From Chromera velia (lineage: Eukaryota), in assembly GCA_018398765.1 (NCBI GenBank), contig JAHBMJ010000525.1:1-45170 (forward strand): a DNA stretch of 45,170 nt, written 5' to 3'. The position numbers and the translations under genes were made by a program. Positions 10,154 to 21,062 of this stretch are shown here, in pieces (positions within the stretch are counted from its first letter, which is position 1; every line of letters begins with the position of its first letter). Below the pieces are notes generated by a model. It searched no databases. It had not been told where the DNA came from and worked only from the letters and a program-made list of their open reading frames with translations.

Positions 10154-13103
10154 TCAGGGTGAGCCCAGGTACTGCACACAATGCCGGGAACAGAAAATTA
10201 AGGGCAAGGGATTATACAGCAAGATCGCAAATAAGAAGCAAAGAGGACTAGAAAGAAAGATTGATCGGGAAGAAGGACCGAAGCCAGGACCGAACAGATT
10301 CCCAGATAGACAATTAAGAAAAGAAATGCTGACCAGCAACTCATCATCAAAAAGCATGAAAAATGAAGGAATCCAACAAACTGTCACGCACAGAAGAAAA
10401 GACGGCAACCGAGTCCACTTCACATACACTTCTGACTTACTCACTGACTGACTGACTGACAGGCTGACTGACTGACCTCTCTGGATCCACTCGGCTTCTC
10501 TCTCAGGAATCTCCTTCAACCCTTCAAACGGAAAATTCCGGAGTCTCCTTGCCAGACTCTCTGCTGCCAGACGTGCGTCCCTCACGGTGTCAGACGCAGA
10601 CACACCATGAAAGTCCCCCCCCACTACCTGCATGCAGGTATGCGAATCAGAGAGAGAGGGAGAACCCATGCATGCAGCAGGAAGACGCAGGAGGAAAGAG
10701 CAGGAAGACAAAGAGGGAGGTTGTCGAATCCCCAAACAATTGCAAGAAGCGGAGCTCTATGTCCACCAGCCATTGTATGTAAATCTGCCGAATGAGCACT
10801 CTTGTCTTATCCCTCCCTTCGTGTGCAAAAGACCCCTCAGGGGCAAGCCCTGTAAGAACGGTATCAAAAGACATCCACCCACCGACCCACCCACCCACCC
10901 ACCCACTTGCATCCATGGTATTTCTCGACACCGAACTTGGTGGATCTTTTTCATCTTCTCCGCGTGTCCCTCTGTAAGTACGGCCTTCCCTCTATCCTCA
11001 TACAGTCGCCCAGGAACAGTCTCTTGCCGGACCCAAACCTGCATGTGGTGTGTGCCCGTGAGGGGGGGGTCAGGGGGACCGGTTATTAGAAACGACAGTC
11101 AAGGGGGGAGGCAGTAAAGCAGAAGTGCGAGGTGGAGCGTCTACGAAATTCTTTTGATGCATATCTTTCTGTTCTATCTGTGCGTGGCGACTTTTTCGAT
11201 GCTCTTCTCTCTCTGCCTCTCTGTCTGTGTGTCAGTCTGTCAGGCAGAAAAAAGAGAAAGAGAGCGCACAGGAGAGGGAGAGAGAGAAGGGGGGGGAGGG
11301 AGAGATGCAGAAACAAACCATTCCGTTGGCACGCCGTATTGATTCCTTCTTTCAAGGGACACAACAACAAGAAAACTAGCTGACCTCCTCTGTCTCCGAC
11401 GCAATCCCGAGAACCTTCTCTGCGAACACCTGCGCCCTCTCAGCTGCCTCCTCTGGTGCCTCATGCCTGCACCCAAATTGCCCCCCAAAGAGCCCCTTTT
11501 CCCTCTCCCACTCTCTACCACTCTGCGCTCTCACTGTGACAACAATGCGGGCCTCCCTTTTGAACACAGATTCATAGTCAGGAAACACCCAACTGCTCAG
11601 ATGTGCAGACAGCACGCCCTGAGCAGGGCCCTCCCGTCTCCACTCTCGGGAAGGCACGACGACCCCCGAAGTTCTCTGCGACAAGCGGAGGCAACAGCAA
11701 CAAAACAACGCAGAAGAAGGGGCAGGAAGGAATCATCTGAAGCAAGCAAGAAAAGGATCTACCCTTCATTCCATTCCGTCCAGAGAGCACCACAAGACGC
11801 GGAACAGGAAGAACTCTCGAGACGGAAAGGAGGAAGACAAAGGAAACCTCTTCAATGAGCAAAAGCAAAAATCCCCCCACCCCATGACAAACTGACCCCT
11901 AGAGACATAGGGATGACGGAATCTGCCCAGCCCATGTTCACCGTATACGTGTGTGAGTGGGAGATTCCCCCCATCTCAACAGCCACCGTTCTCTCTCCAC
12001 TCTCCCATCCCCTGCCATCCCAAGCATCCCGTGTCCACGGATGGTCGAGGAGACGTACAGCATCGGGAGCCTGGACTGCCATGACCACGCCATCCACAGA
12101 GAGACACTCTCCAGACTCTAACAGAACCTCCGCAGCACCAGACTGACCCTCTGCTCTCGTCTGATCCTCTTTCTCATTTTCCTTCTTTCTTTTGGCCCCC
12201 CGTACCCCTGCAACAGCAGTCGAAAGACGAATCTGAACCGTCTCAGATTCCTCCTGTGCCGACCTGCCTGGCGCTCTGCTCTCATTCGCTGACCTCCCTC
12301 CAGCTCTCAACCCTCTTTCCAACGACGAAATAAGAAACCCCGCACCCTTCTTGAACGTGAAAATACCCCCACCGCTCAACGCTACCCTCTGATGAAAGGC
12401 GTCAGTCTTCGGAACAAAGTACATACCCTCCACATCCCCCCCCTGTTTTCGACTAGAAGAAGGACGTACCAATCCTCCCAACAATGACCTGCCCTCTCTT
12501 TCTGCTGCCCACAGAGACGGGAAGACAGACCGCGCAGAGAGTTCAGATGGAGACACACCAAAGGAGCCGATGCAAATGGGGTCAATGATCTTATCAACAA
12601 AACTCATCGATGTCCGTCTCCGAAAAAAACTCTCTACACTCTCATCCACCCCTTCTCCACGTTTCGTGCTCAAGTCTCTCAGAACCGCAGGGAGGAACCT
12701 CACCAAATCCCCGCGAGACGGCACCTTCCGTACCATTCCATCCCACAAGATTGACAAACGCAGATAGTCAACAAAGAACGCACGGGACTGTGCTGTTGTG
12801 ATCACTTTATCCTCCACCCCGAGACACCGTATCAGCCCCAGCAGATCACTCCCCCCCCTCCCAGTCATACGGAAGAACTGCAACCCCTCCTCCACGTGGT
12901 GCCGGCCTCGGGGTTCAGGCAGGTCAATCGCATAGGGTCCGTATATATTGCCATATGCGGTCGTCACTGGTTGTCTGGTTTGGTGAGTGTGGATGTAGCC
13001 TCCGAGCCTGTCTGCCTTCTCCAGAATTGTCAGACGCACGCGGGGCAGGAGGCGGCGCAAGGTGTAGGCTGTCGTCAAGCCTGCCAGTCCCCCGCCAATT
13101 ACA
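10154..13103 (-). CDS. PPOX: Protoporphyrinogen oxidase (HemY/PPOX-type FAD-dependent oxidase), divergent; first and last exons unresolved
   Basis: Exon 13103-11897 begins VIGGGLAGLTTAYTL...ILEKADRLGGYIHT (Rossmann FAD motif) and contains DESVESFFRRR..IIDPICIG..SELSARSVFPSLW..E and IFTFKKG. Phase-consistent downstream exons: 11675-11385 (GVVVPSRE..SWVFP..LFGG), 11038-10907 (EGHAEKMKKI..IPWMQ) and 10627-10477 (VVGGDFHGVSASDTVRDARLAA). Motif order matches the HemY family. Confidence 0.8.
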
Positions 13104-13782
13104 CTGCAAGCACGAAAGGGTCAAATGGCAGATTTCAAAGTTTGAAATAATACGAGTAATACAAATGGTGACTGCCGTGCTTAGCTTCTCATTCTGCCCA
13201 GCTTAGTGACCCGAAGCCGAGGGGAATCAAAAGGGGCGGTGGAAATGAGAAGAAGGGGGTTCTCGGGGGGCATAGTCAAGACGGCTGGGAAAAAATACAG
13301 TAGAGCTGAAGGAGCATGCAATGCGAGGGAGGGGGCGCGCGCTTTGGCACGCAATGCTTGATAGGAGGCATGAGAGTGAAAATTGTGATCAAGCAGCAAC
13401 GAAGCAGAGCCCTGAGCTTACCAGACATGCGGCGCTCTGCTCATCTGTCCTCCACAAGCTTTCTTCTGACAGGCAATTCGCCGTCAGAAAGGGAGCAAAA
13501 CCACGAAGTGTGGTCACCTCTCTGCTGGCAGGTGATCAGATTTCGTGTCCGTCTCCCTTCTCTCGATTTTGCCGTCTCCAAATTTCAAAATAGAACCAAT
13601 ATATACACACAGCGCTCGCTGCACGACCACGCCCCTTGCAGTCTGCGGCCCTTGACGAAAGTGTCGCCCGTTGCGTACTCGAGGAATGCTCGTAGACGGG
13701 GTGACTGTGTCAGTTTCTTACAGAATTAAGTGACAGTTCGCGTTTGAACTTTGAAGGTCAGTGACATATCAGTGCAATTCAG

Positions 13783-13940
13783 TGCATGCAGGCCGGGCCC
13801 CGGCATGCAGGCAGTTGCTGGAAGGCCGGGCCGGCTAATCTGCATGCATGTCATCATGCAGGGGATTGCAGGGGCCCCATGAACCCATCATATACCTGGG
13901 CTCATCATGGGCCCAGCGACATCCATGCAGCGACGGTGCT
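13783..13940. promoter_or_regulatory. TGCATG/GGGCCC-rich element between divergent PPOX and LRR genes (candidate bidirectional promoter)
   Basis: GTGCATGCA, GCATGCA, TGCATGCATG, several CATGCA and repeated GGCCGGGCC/GGGCCC within ~160 bp. Confidence 0.4.
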
Positions 13941-13999
13941 ATGCCTTTGCTGTGATCATCACATGAAAAGAGTTCCATGACGATGTCAGTGTGAAGTCG

Positions 14000-16519
14000 A
14001 ATTGAAGCGTACACAAGTTGGAGAGCAAACCGCTTGAAAAGAAGTGTTGAAGCAGCCTTCCTTTCCAGACGCCCAGACACGAATTTTCGCCTTGAGAAAT
14101 TCATTCGAGAGAGCCCAGCTCTGTACCATCAGATCTATCCGGGATTTGAGTGTCTTCTGCTACAATACCCCCAGATGCTGGACGCAAAGAGTGCCTCCCC
14201 GCCATTGAGTGCTGAACTGCACTAAAAGATGTCGCAACCAGCTACACGAATCCACCGGGAAGCTTCTGGTCTGTCAGGAGCTAGATCTGCTCACTGATTC
14301 ACAAATGCCGTCCTCACGTCTCTTGGCTTTCAATTTTTCGTGGTCATGCAATTTTCTCCGTCTCCCTATTTTCTACTGTACTTGCAGAACAAGCAGAAGG
14401 ACTCCAGGCCCCAGACCCTAGTGGAGATCAAAACGCCCTGACAGAGGCTGTGCTGGTAGCCGCTTTTGGTCACACGGATCCGAATGCACAAGTGGGCCTC
14501 TTTCTTCCTTTTCCTCTCTCTCTGGTCCAGTATTGGATTCGTCACATATTTCCAGGCTCAGTGGAGAAGCAGTATTACGGCACAGAAGACCTTCTCAACC
14601 TCCCTTCTTGATGAAATATATATTTGATTTCGCCTATCTCCATTCTCTTTTTTTGACAGAGTGAAATTATACAGGCGCAGGGCTGATTTCGGAGGGGTGT
14701 TCTGCATGGTGAATGAGCACAAAATGCCCGTATGCCCTTTTCCTCTTCATCACCTCCTGCGCCTTTCCCTTGACGGGTACTGCAGGAGATCTCTGCACTT
14801 GTCACGCACAAGGGGGGGATGGGATTGGCTTGGGTTCTTCTGCAATTCATCAGAACGGTCAGGAAACTAGAGGAGGCGTATCTGCCCGTCCGACTATGCC
14901 TCCCTTTGAGCCCCCTCTCTTTCGGAAGGGGTGTGTTGGATGTCTGTTTCTGAGTGTATATTTGTCTGCGTCTGTCCCTCGTTATTTCTAAATCTCTCGG
15001 CCTACTGTCGGCCACACCTTCTTGCTTCTGCCGCTTCGCTACGTTTATGGGCCAGTGCGTGTGTGCGCAATGGGCACAAGGGATTCTTTCCCTCTTCCTT
15101 TGAGTCTCTCGATCTTCGCGTGATCCCTCCTTCCTCTTCCGCTTTGGTCCATTGTGAATCCCGAAGTTCCCTTCAAAGCTACTCAACCCGCTGTGCTCAT
15201 GAACCACCGGCCTCAGATGAGATGATGCATGTGTGAGTCTGCATGACGGGATGGACACCCCCATGCACCCCTGTGGATCTTGTGATCTCAAATGTGAATA
15301 GCATGTTCTCTTTTCTCTTTCTTTTTTTGTTTTCTTTCTTGCTGTTGCAGGGACGATGCTGCTTGTCTCTGGACAATCTGGACCTCTCAGGTGTGTTGGT
15401 GGGGTGGGGGGGTGCGGGCTGCTCTTTGTTGTATATGTGTGTGGGGGAAGAAGCAATAGAGCAAAAAAGAGAGTGAAACCCTGCCGGTCATTTGCTGTCA
15501 CAGTCACAGCCTCCTCCTCTTCCTGTCATTTTTATCCACGTCCGGTCTGACTCGCTTCTGTTGTGCGTTGTCTGCTCACACATGGTGCATGCAACTGGGA
15601 GTAAGAGCCATGCAGGGGCGTTGGAGTAGGTTTTCCGATAGAAGAGGGAACAATTTTTCAAGAGAGACAAAAGTAGCTCTATCCCTATATTGCTACAGCC
15701 TGTAAATGCACACTCAAAGTATGCTGCCAGTGCATTTCCGTACGGGTGGATGGCTGCAGATTTCTCTCTTGGTGCCGGGAAGCTGGAGGCTGTTTTTTCG
15801 GCTCTGCCAACAGGACCTTCTCATGTGGAGACTCTGAAGTGTGGTCAGCCGACAATTAATCATGTGTTTTCTTTCCCCATCGTGTTCCTTATGTCTTCCC
15901 CCCCCCCTCCGCCCCTCTCTCTTTCTGGCACACACGTATACATACACGCACACGCAGAATAAGAAACAATTAAGTGTACAGCTCAGGTTGCCCCCGTCTT
16001 CTCTGTTCTCTCGCCGGACCAGGCGTCTGCACAGCCACCACGCTACCCGTCTTCGCAGCAGCACTCAAGAAGGGGGGGGCAGGAGAGGGGGCTCTGACGA
16101 AGCTGAAGACTCTCATTGCAGCGGGTAAGGTTCCTTCAAAGTCCCTCTGACGTGAAATCTGAACAGCCAGAGAAAAAAGGGAGAAACTACTACTCTCAAA
16201 ATTGCACACGAGTAAATCTGAAAAGCCCCCCGAAGGAGAGAAAGAAGGAAGGAAGGAAGGAAGGAAGGAAGAGAGCTATGGCCCTAGGGGGACAACCTCG
16301 TTTTCTTTCGACGATGTGCTGCGCGCATGCACGACCTTCTCGGCTGATCTTGCTGGTGTGCAGATTGTGACCTTGAGGACGCCTCACTCTTGTTCCCCTC
16401 ACTCCCGCGAAGTCTGGAAACTCTAGAGTTGAGAGGTCGGTCAGAGCCTTCCGGGGGTGCACACGCAAGCACGCACACACACACAGAGTGACACCCNNNN
16501 NNNNNNNNNNNNNNNNNNN

Positions 16520-16554
<35 letters not shown>

Positions 16555-16560
16555 GCACGC

Positions 16561-16597
<37 letters not shown>

Positions 16598-19189
16598 CAC
16601 ACACATACACGCCCACACACACACACACACAAGCAGTCACACACACACACACAAGCAGTCACACACACACACACACACACAAGCAGTCCATCATTCCGCT
16701 TGATATCCTCTCATTGCTTTCGTGGCCAGTACTTTTTTTTCCTTCTACCGCTGTCTGCATGCATGCACGAATGGTCTTTTTCCTCTATGTTCTTCCACCC
16801 TGTCTCCTGCAGGAAACCGTTTCCGTATTGCGTCCATGGAGACCCTTAGCTCGGTCCTCGAGGCCCGGTGGCTCCCGTTTCTGGTGTCTCTCGACTTGAG
16901 CGACAACCCCCTGGGTCCTCTGGGGGTGAGGGCGCTGGCGAAGGGCCTTGCAGCGCCGCTGCAGGTCCTCAAGCTAGCCCGCACTGGTGTAAAGGAAAAA
17001 GGGGTAGAGGCGTTAGCAGAAGTCCTCAAGGGAAAGAAAGTGACGAGTCTACTGACTCTTGATTTGGCAGGGAATAAGTTGTTCTCTGCTGGCCTGAAGC
17101 CCCTCGCAGCAGCATTCACCATCCCCGGTGTGGCACCCACTTTGCAGACTCTCATCCTAAAGGACAACTCGCTCACACAGTCGTCCGACCCGGAAAGGAG
17201 AGAACATGCTCCTCTGAACCGGCTGCTTCCACGAACGAGCTGAGAGAATTGGAGCACCTAGATCTGAGTCAGAATTTGATTTTTGACGAACCGTTGGTAG
17301 AGAACGGCCCCCCTGACCGTGTGTCCGCTGCCACCATCGCGGCTCCAGGCCGTTTCCCGAAACTCCGATGCCTGAATCTCGCTGATAGCGGGATACGGTC
17401 TGCGGAAGTTGGTGTTTTTATGACTGCCCTCCGAGAAGAGGGCTCTCCCTCTCTAGAAGACCTAGACCTCTCTGGCTCTCATGCAGATGTTATAGGTGAG
17501 GTGGAGCTTCAACCGGTTGCAGACACCTTTAGCGCTGGCAGCTTCTCTCGTCTTACCCGCCTGAAGATAGATCGCTGGCAGGGTGGGGTGGGGTGTGGTT
17601 GCAAGGTTTTTTTCCGAGCGATTGCAGACGGCCACACGCCATTGCTTCAGAGTCTCGAGGCACACCTAGATGACCTTGAGGAAGAGACTTTCGATGAAGC
17701 AGTAGAGATTGCTGCTGAGGCAGTGAGGGAAAAGAAAGTACCGCAGATTGAGACTCTTTGCCTCGACTTAGAAAGCCTCGTTTCCCCCGGGTCCCTTTCC
17801 GCTCTTGCGAGAGCTTTGGGGTCGGGGGGGGCCTCGTCTTTGAAGAGACTTGAGCTTGATTGGAGCAGTCCTAGCAATGGACCGGGCGGGGTACTGTTGG
17901 ACCTGGCAGGTGCGCTGGGTGGGGGGGGTATGCCGTATCTTGAGTCTCTCAAACTCGACCCTGGCTTCGGGGTAGAGGAGGGTGAGGGTGCGTCAGCAAT
18001 TGGGGAAATTCTAAGCACGGGCAAAGCTAGGTCGCTCCGCTGTGTCGAGATTCATTGTCCTGCGAACGGCACACTGCGTGCCTTCTGTGAGGGCCTGTGT
18101 GTTGGCAGCACCCCGAATCCTGAAATGAAGTTAGACCTCCACGTGTGGGACTTGCCGGCCGAGGCTCCAGCCAGTGTTCAGGCTGGGATTGCCGGGCTTG
18201 AACGGGCAATACGGACGGGAAAGCTCTCGTATCTGCGAAATATGGGAAGCCCGATCTATCATCCTCTCCCCCACACAGCTGCTGATCCCTTGGGACGTGC
18301 CCTGACGCACGCAGGGGCCAAAATGGTTTCTCTTGAGACTATTTCACTCCAGTTTGCCCCCCAGCCTCCCCCACAAAATGAGGGGCCGTCACAATTTTTG
18401 AAAGCGTTGAGTGAGGGTAGGGGGTGTCTGCCGTCTCTCGAGGCGCTTGAGTTGGGTTACCCCTCGCCCCGTCTGCTTGGAGGGGAGGCAATGCGCCAAC
18501 TCTGCGCAGTTGTGAGAGCGGGAAAAGTACCGCGCCTCAAAAGAGTTGCCGTGTTCATAAGTGGTGCGGAGGACCTGGAAGAAGACCGGAGGACGCAGGC
18601 ACTCACCGCCACCCTCTTTTCTTCCTACGCAGCCTCCTCGAGGGAAGTTTTCGTCGGTTTTCCCCCTGCCCAGCCGACAGTAGTAGATGTACGTGTGGGC
18701 ATTTTTTCTGCTTCCCTCACGTCCGATCATCTGAGCAAACTGTCCGAACTCCACGTCTCCGGAGTTTCAGGGCGGTTGGGGGTCCGTTCCCTCTGTGCAG
18801 GGATTGGGAGCGGTAAGCTCTCTTCCCTCCGAGTTCTGATTCTCCAGATGGTCCGATTGGAGGATGCAGAGAGTCAGTCTGCCCTGTCCGATAGCGTCGA
18901 TGCCGAAAAGCTGCCCTTCCTCAGGGTGCTGAGGTTAAGCAGTGCCAGTCTCCCTGATGACGGGCTGAAGGCTCTGACCTCTGCCTGGATGAGCAGGCCC
19001 CCCTGTCCTTTGCAGACCCTGGATCTGTCAGGCAACCACCTTTCGTCAGAGGGGGCAGGGACTCTGTCGACATTTCTCGGCTCTAGAAGGATGCCGGCTC
19101 TGTCAAGCATCATCCTGACAGGCAATTTGATTGATGAGATGTGGAAGACATTGTTCGAAGATGCCTTTCCGCAAATCGTGGAATGGTGA
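14000..19189 (+). pseudogene. RNI-like leucine-rich repeat protein gene, frameshifted (pseudogene or assembly errors)
   Basis: Phase-consistent exons 16023-16124 (LTKLKTLIAA), 16364-16435 (LPRSLETLELR) and 16813 onward, with many LxxLxLxxN repeats (LVSLDLSDNPLG, LLTLDLAGNKL, LQTLILKDNSL, LEHLDLSQNLI, LQTLDLSGNHL). The frame shifts by -1 at ~17228. Upstream exon-like pieces (14034-14340, 15348-15390, 15690-15843) look coding but are broken, so the 5' boundary is tentative. Confidence 0.7.
16497..16519. other. Assembly gap (23 N) within an intronic (CA)n repeat (~16470-16680)
   Basis: Run of n characters. Confidence 0.99.
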
Positions 19190-19822
19190 CCACTATAAGG
19201 TGACCAGCTCTAGGACCAGCACCGTTACCAGACAGGTGACCAGGTAACTGTTACGCCGTGCATAGACTGCATACAGTCAATGTTAGAGGATGAAGATCAT
19301 ATGATGGTTGATATCCGAGTCATTACTAGTACTTTACAATTTGAACTTGCATGTATGTCATCATCATTATTATCATACGCCATCGCCATCGGCCTATATA
19401 AATAGGCGTCTAGCGTTCGGCGGTTTGAACGCACGAGGCTATTCGGTTCTTCACAATTAAAACACTAGTTGAAAGTTAAGTTAAACAGCAGTTCATTTTG
19501 ATTTATATACTTAATTTAACGTTAACTATCTATGTACGTATTCCAATTAATATGTCCATACCTAGGTCCATACTGTTATTAGCAATGTTATTAAAATATA
19601 TTAGTATTGTCTAAAATATAGTAGAATATAGTATTGTGTCCCGGGCCGCCGAATTCTATTTAAGTACCAGACTACTACAAGGGACAATAGACTCAGAGTC
19701 GGATCCAAGTTAGTATCAGACTTCAACTTCTCAGTTAATTATACCTTCGTAGTAACTTGCTATAAGATGTATACATTGAATTAAGGATGTCCAGGATTAA
19801 AGCCATGTACCAGTTATAATTA

Positions 19823-20606
19823 GGGGCCATGTAAAAATTCATTTGCGTGCCAATGGCACGTAAATGCACTCTAGGGGGGGGAGGGGGGTCTTTGCGTGCC
19901 ATCGAGCCTTTTTTGGGCATTCATCTCAGTGAGGTCTGGTGGACAAGCCGTAAGTACTCAATCTTGATCCCTATAGTTGTCACATAAAAGCCACCAAATG
20001 GTTTCTCCAGATGTTATCTAGTTCTGAAACACCAGAAGTCCCAAATTTTGAAAAATTGTCTGATATTTTCATTTTCCCTCCACGATTCCCTCATTCGGCC
20101 CCCCCCCTAGCTGACAAGTCTCCTCTGATGCCCCGAATTAATTGTCGGCTTGATTGTCTGGGGCGGCTTGATTGTCTGGGTTCGCCCCGAATTGAAGGAG
20201 GACTGGGCAACCGGGATGTCCTCGGGGGACTGTTTGGTGGAAATAACAAACCGATCGAGGACTACACGTCCTCCCTTCTCATGTATCATAGGAAAGATGA
20301 TTCAATGCTTGCGCACTTTGCCATTTAATCATTAAATTGCATTGCACAAACCTATCGTAGATATGTATCGATCGCATAATTTTTGTATAGTGATTCAAAT
20401 TTAGGTTTTTAACAAGTTTTTGACAAGTTTTTAACTTAAGTTTTAGTGGTTGTTCAACATGATTTTGGACTCTAAACGGTAAAAAAATTAGTGTCAAAAA
20501 AATCTTTTTTAAAGAAAAACATTTGCGTGCCGAAGCGAGAAGGTCTAGGGGGGAAGGGGGGGGTCTTGCATGCCATTGACACTCAAATGAATTTTTACAT
20601 GACCCC
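19823..20606. mobile_element. Non-autonomous PIF/Harbinger-like (Tourist-type) MITE, 784 bp
   Basis: 38-bp TIRs: 19823-19860 GGGGCCATGTAAAAATTCATTTGCGTGCCAATGGCACG versus reverse complement of 20569-20606 (34/38). TTA is duplicated on both flanks (19820-19822, 20607-20609). No recognisable transposase. Confidence 0.8.
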
Positions 20607-21062
20607 TTAGCTATAACAGATGATTACAGATGATACATCATTAATAGTCTGATTCATTTTAGGCTAAAGTATGCTAGTAGGTATAGTGATTGAGTCTTTT
20701 TGTCAAATCCACAGACAAATTTAGAAATAAATATTGCATGTCATGCCCCATGGTTAGCCAGACTTTAAGTGGTGGCTCACCGGCTTTATTTGCCTCACTT
20801 CAATTCAATTGATGTAATTCAATAGTACGTAATACTACTATACGTATGTGTAATGTATATTGCTAAATAATATCATTGATATGCTAAAAATAATGTTGAA
20901 CTTGAACAATGTTGAACTTTCTGTTGAAAGTAAATGAATTGAACTATCAGTTGATTAGTTGAACCTAGAGTTGAACTTTGATTCGTTTTCTTCGCCTATA
21001 GTGAACTCAACGTTCCAAATAGCAACTTAGTTCGTCATACACTACTCTACTAGGAGGTAGTG

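Noticed and set aside
8700..13103. Haem-related gene cluster (PPOX next to a CxxCH-containing protein)
   Set aside because: The genes are convergent, the single CxxCH is in an unconfirmed exon, and nothing suggests co-regulation.
17225..17245. Programmed -1 ribosomal frameshift in the LRR gene
   Set aside because: There is no X XXY YYZ slippery site, and other apparent lesions upstream favour decay or assembly error.
20011..20328. 105-aa ORF inside the Harbinger-like element as a transposase
   Set aside because: No DDE or Myb motifs are recognisable; it is short and contains a small tandem duplication.
19400..21030. Older TIR element enclosing the MITE (GTTGAAC repeats; TAGGCG/CGCCTA ends)
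   Set aside because: The inverted match is only a few bases and no target duplication is evident.
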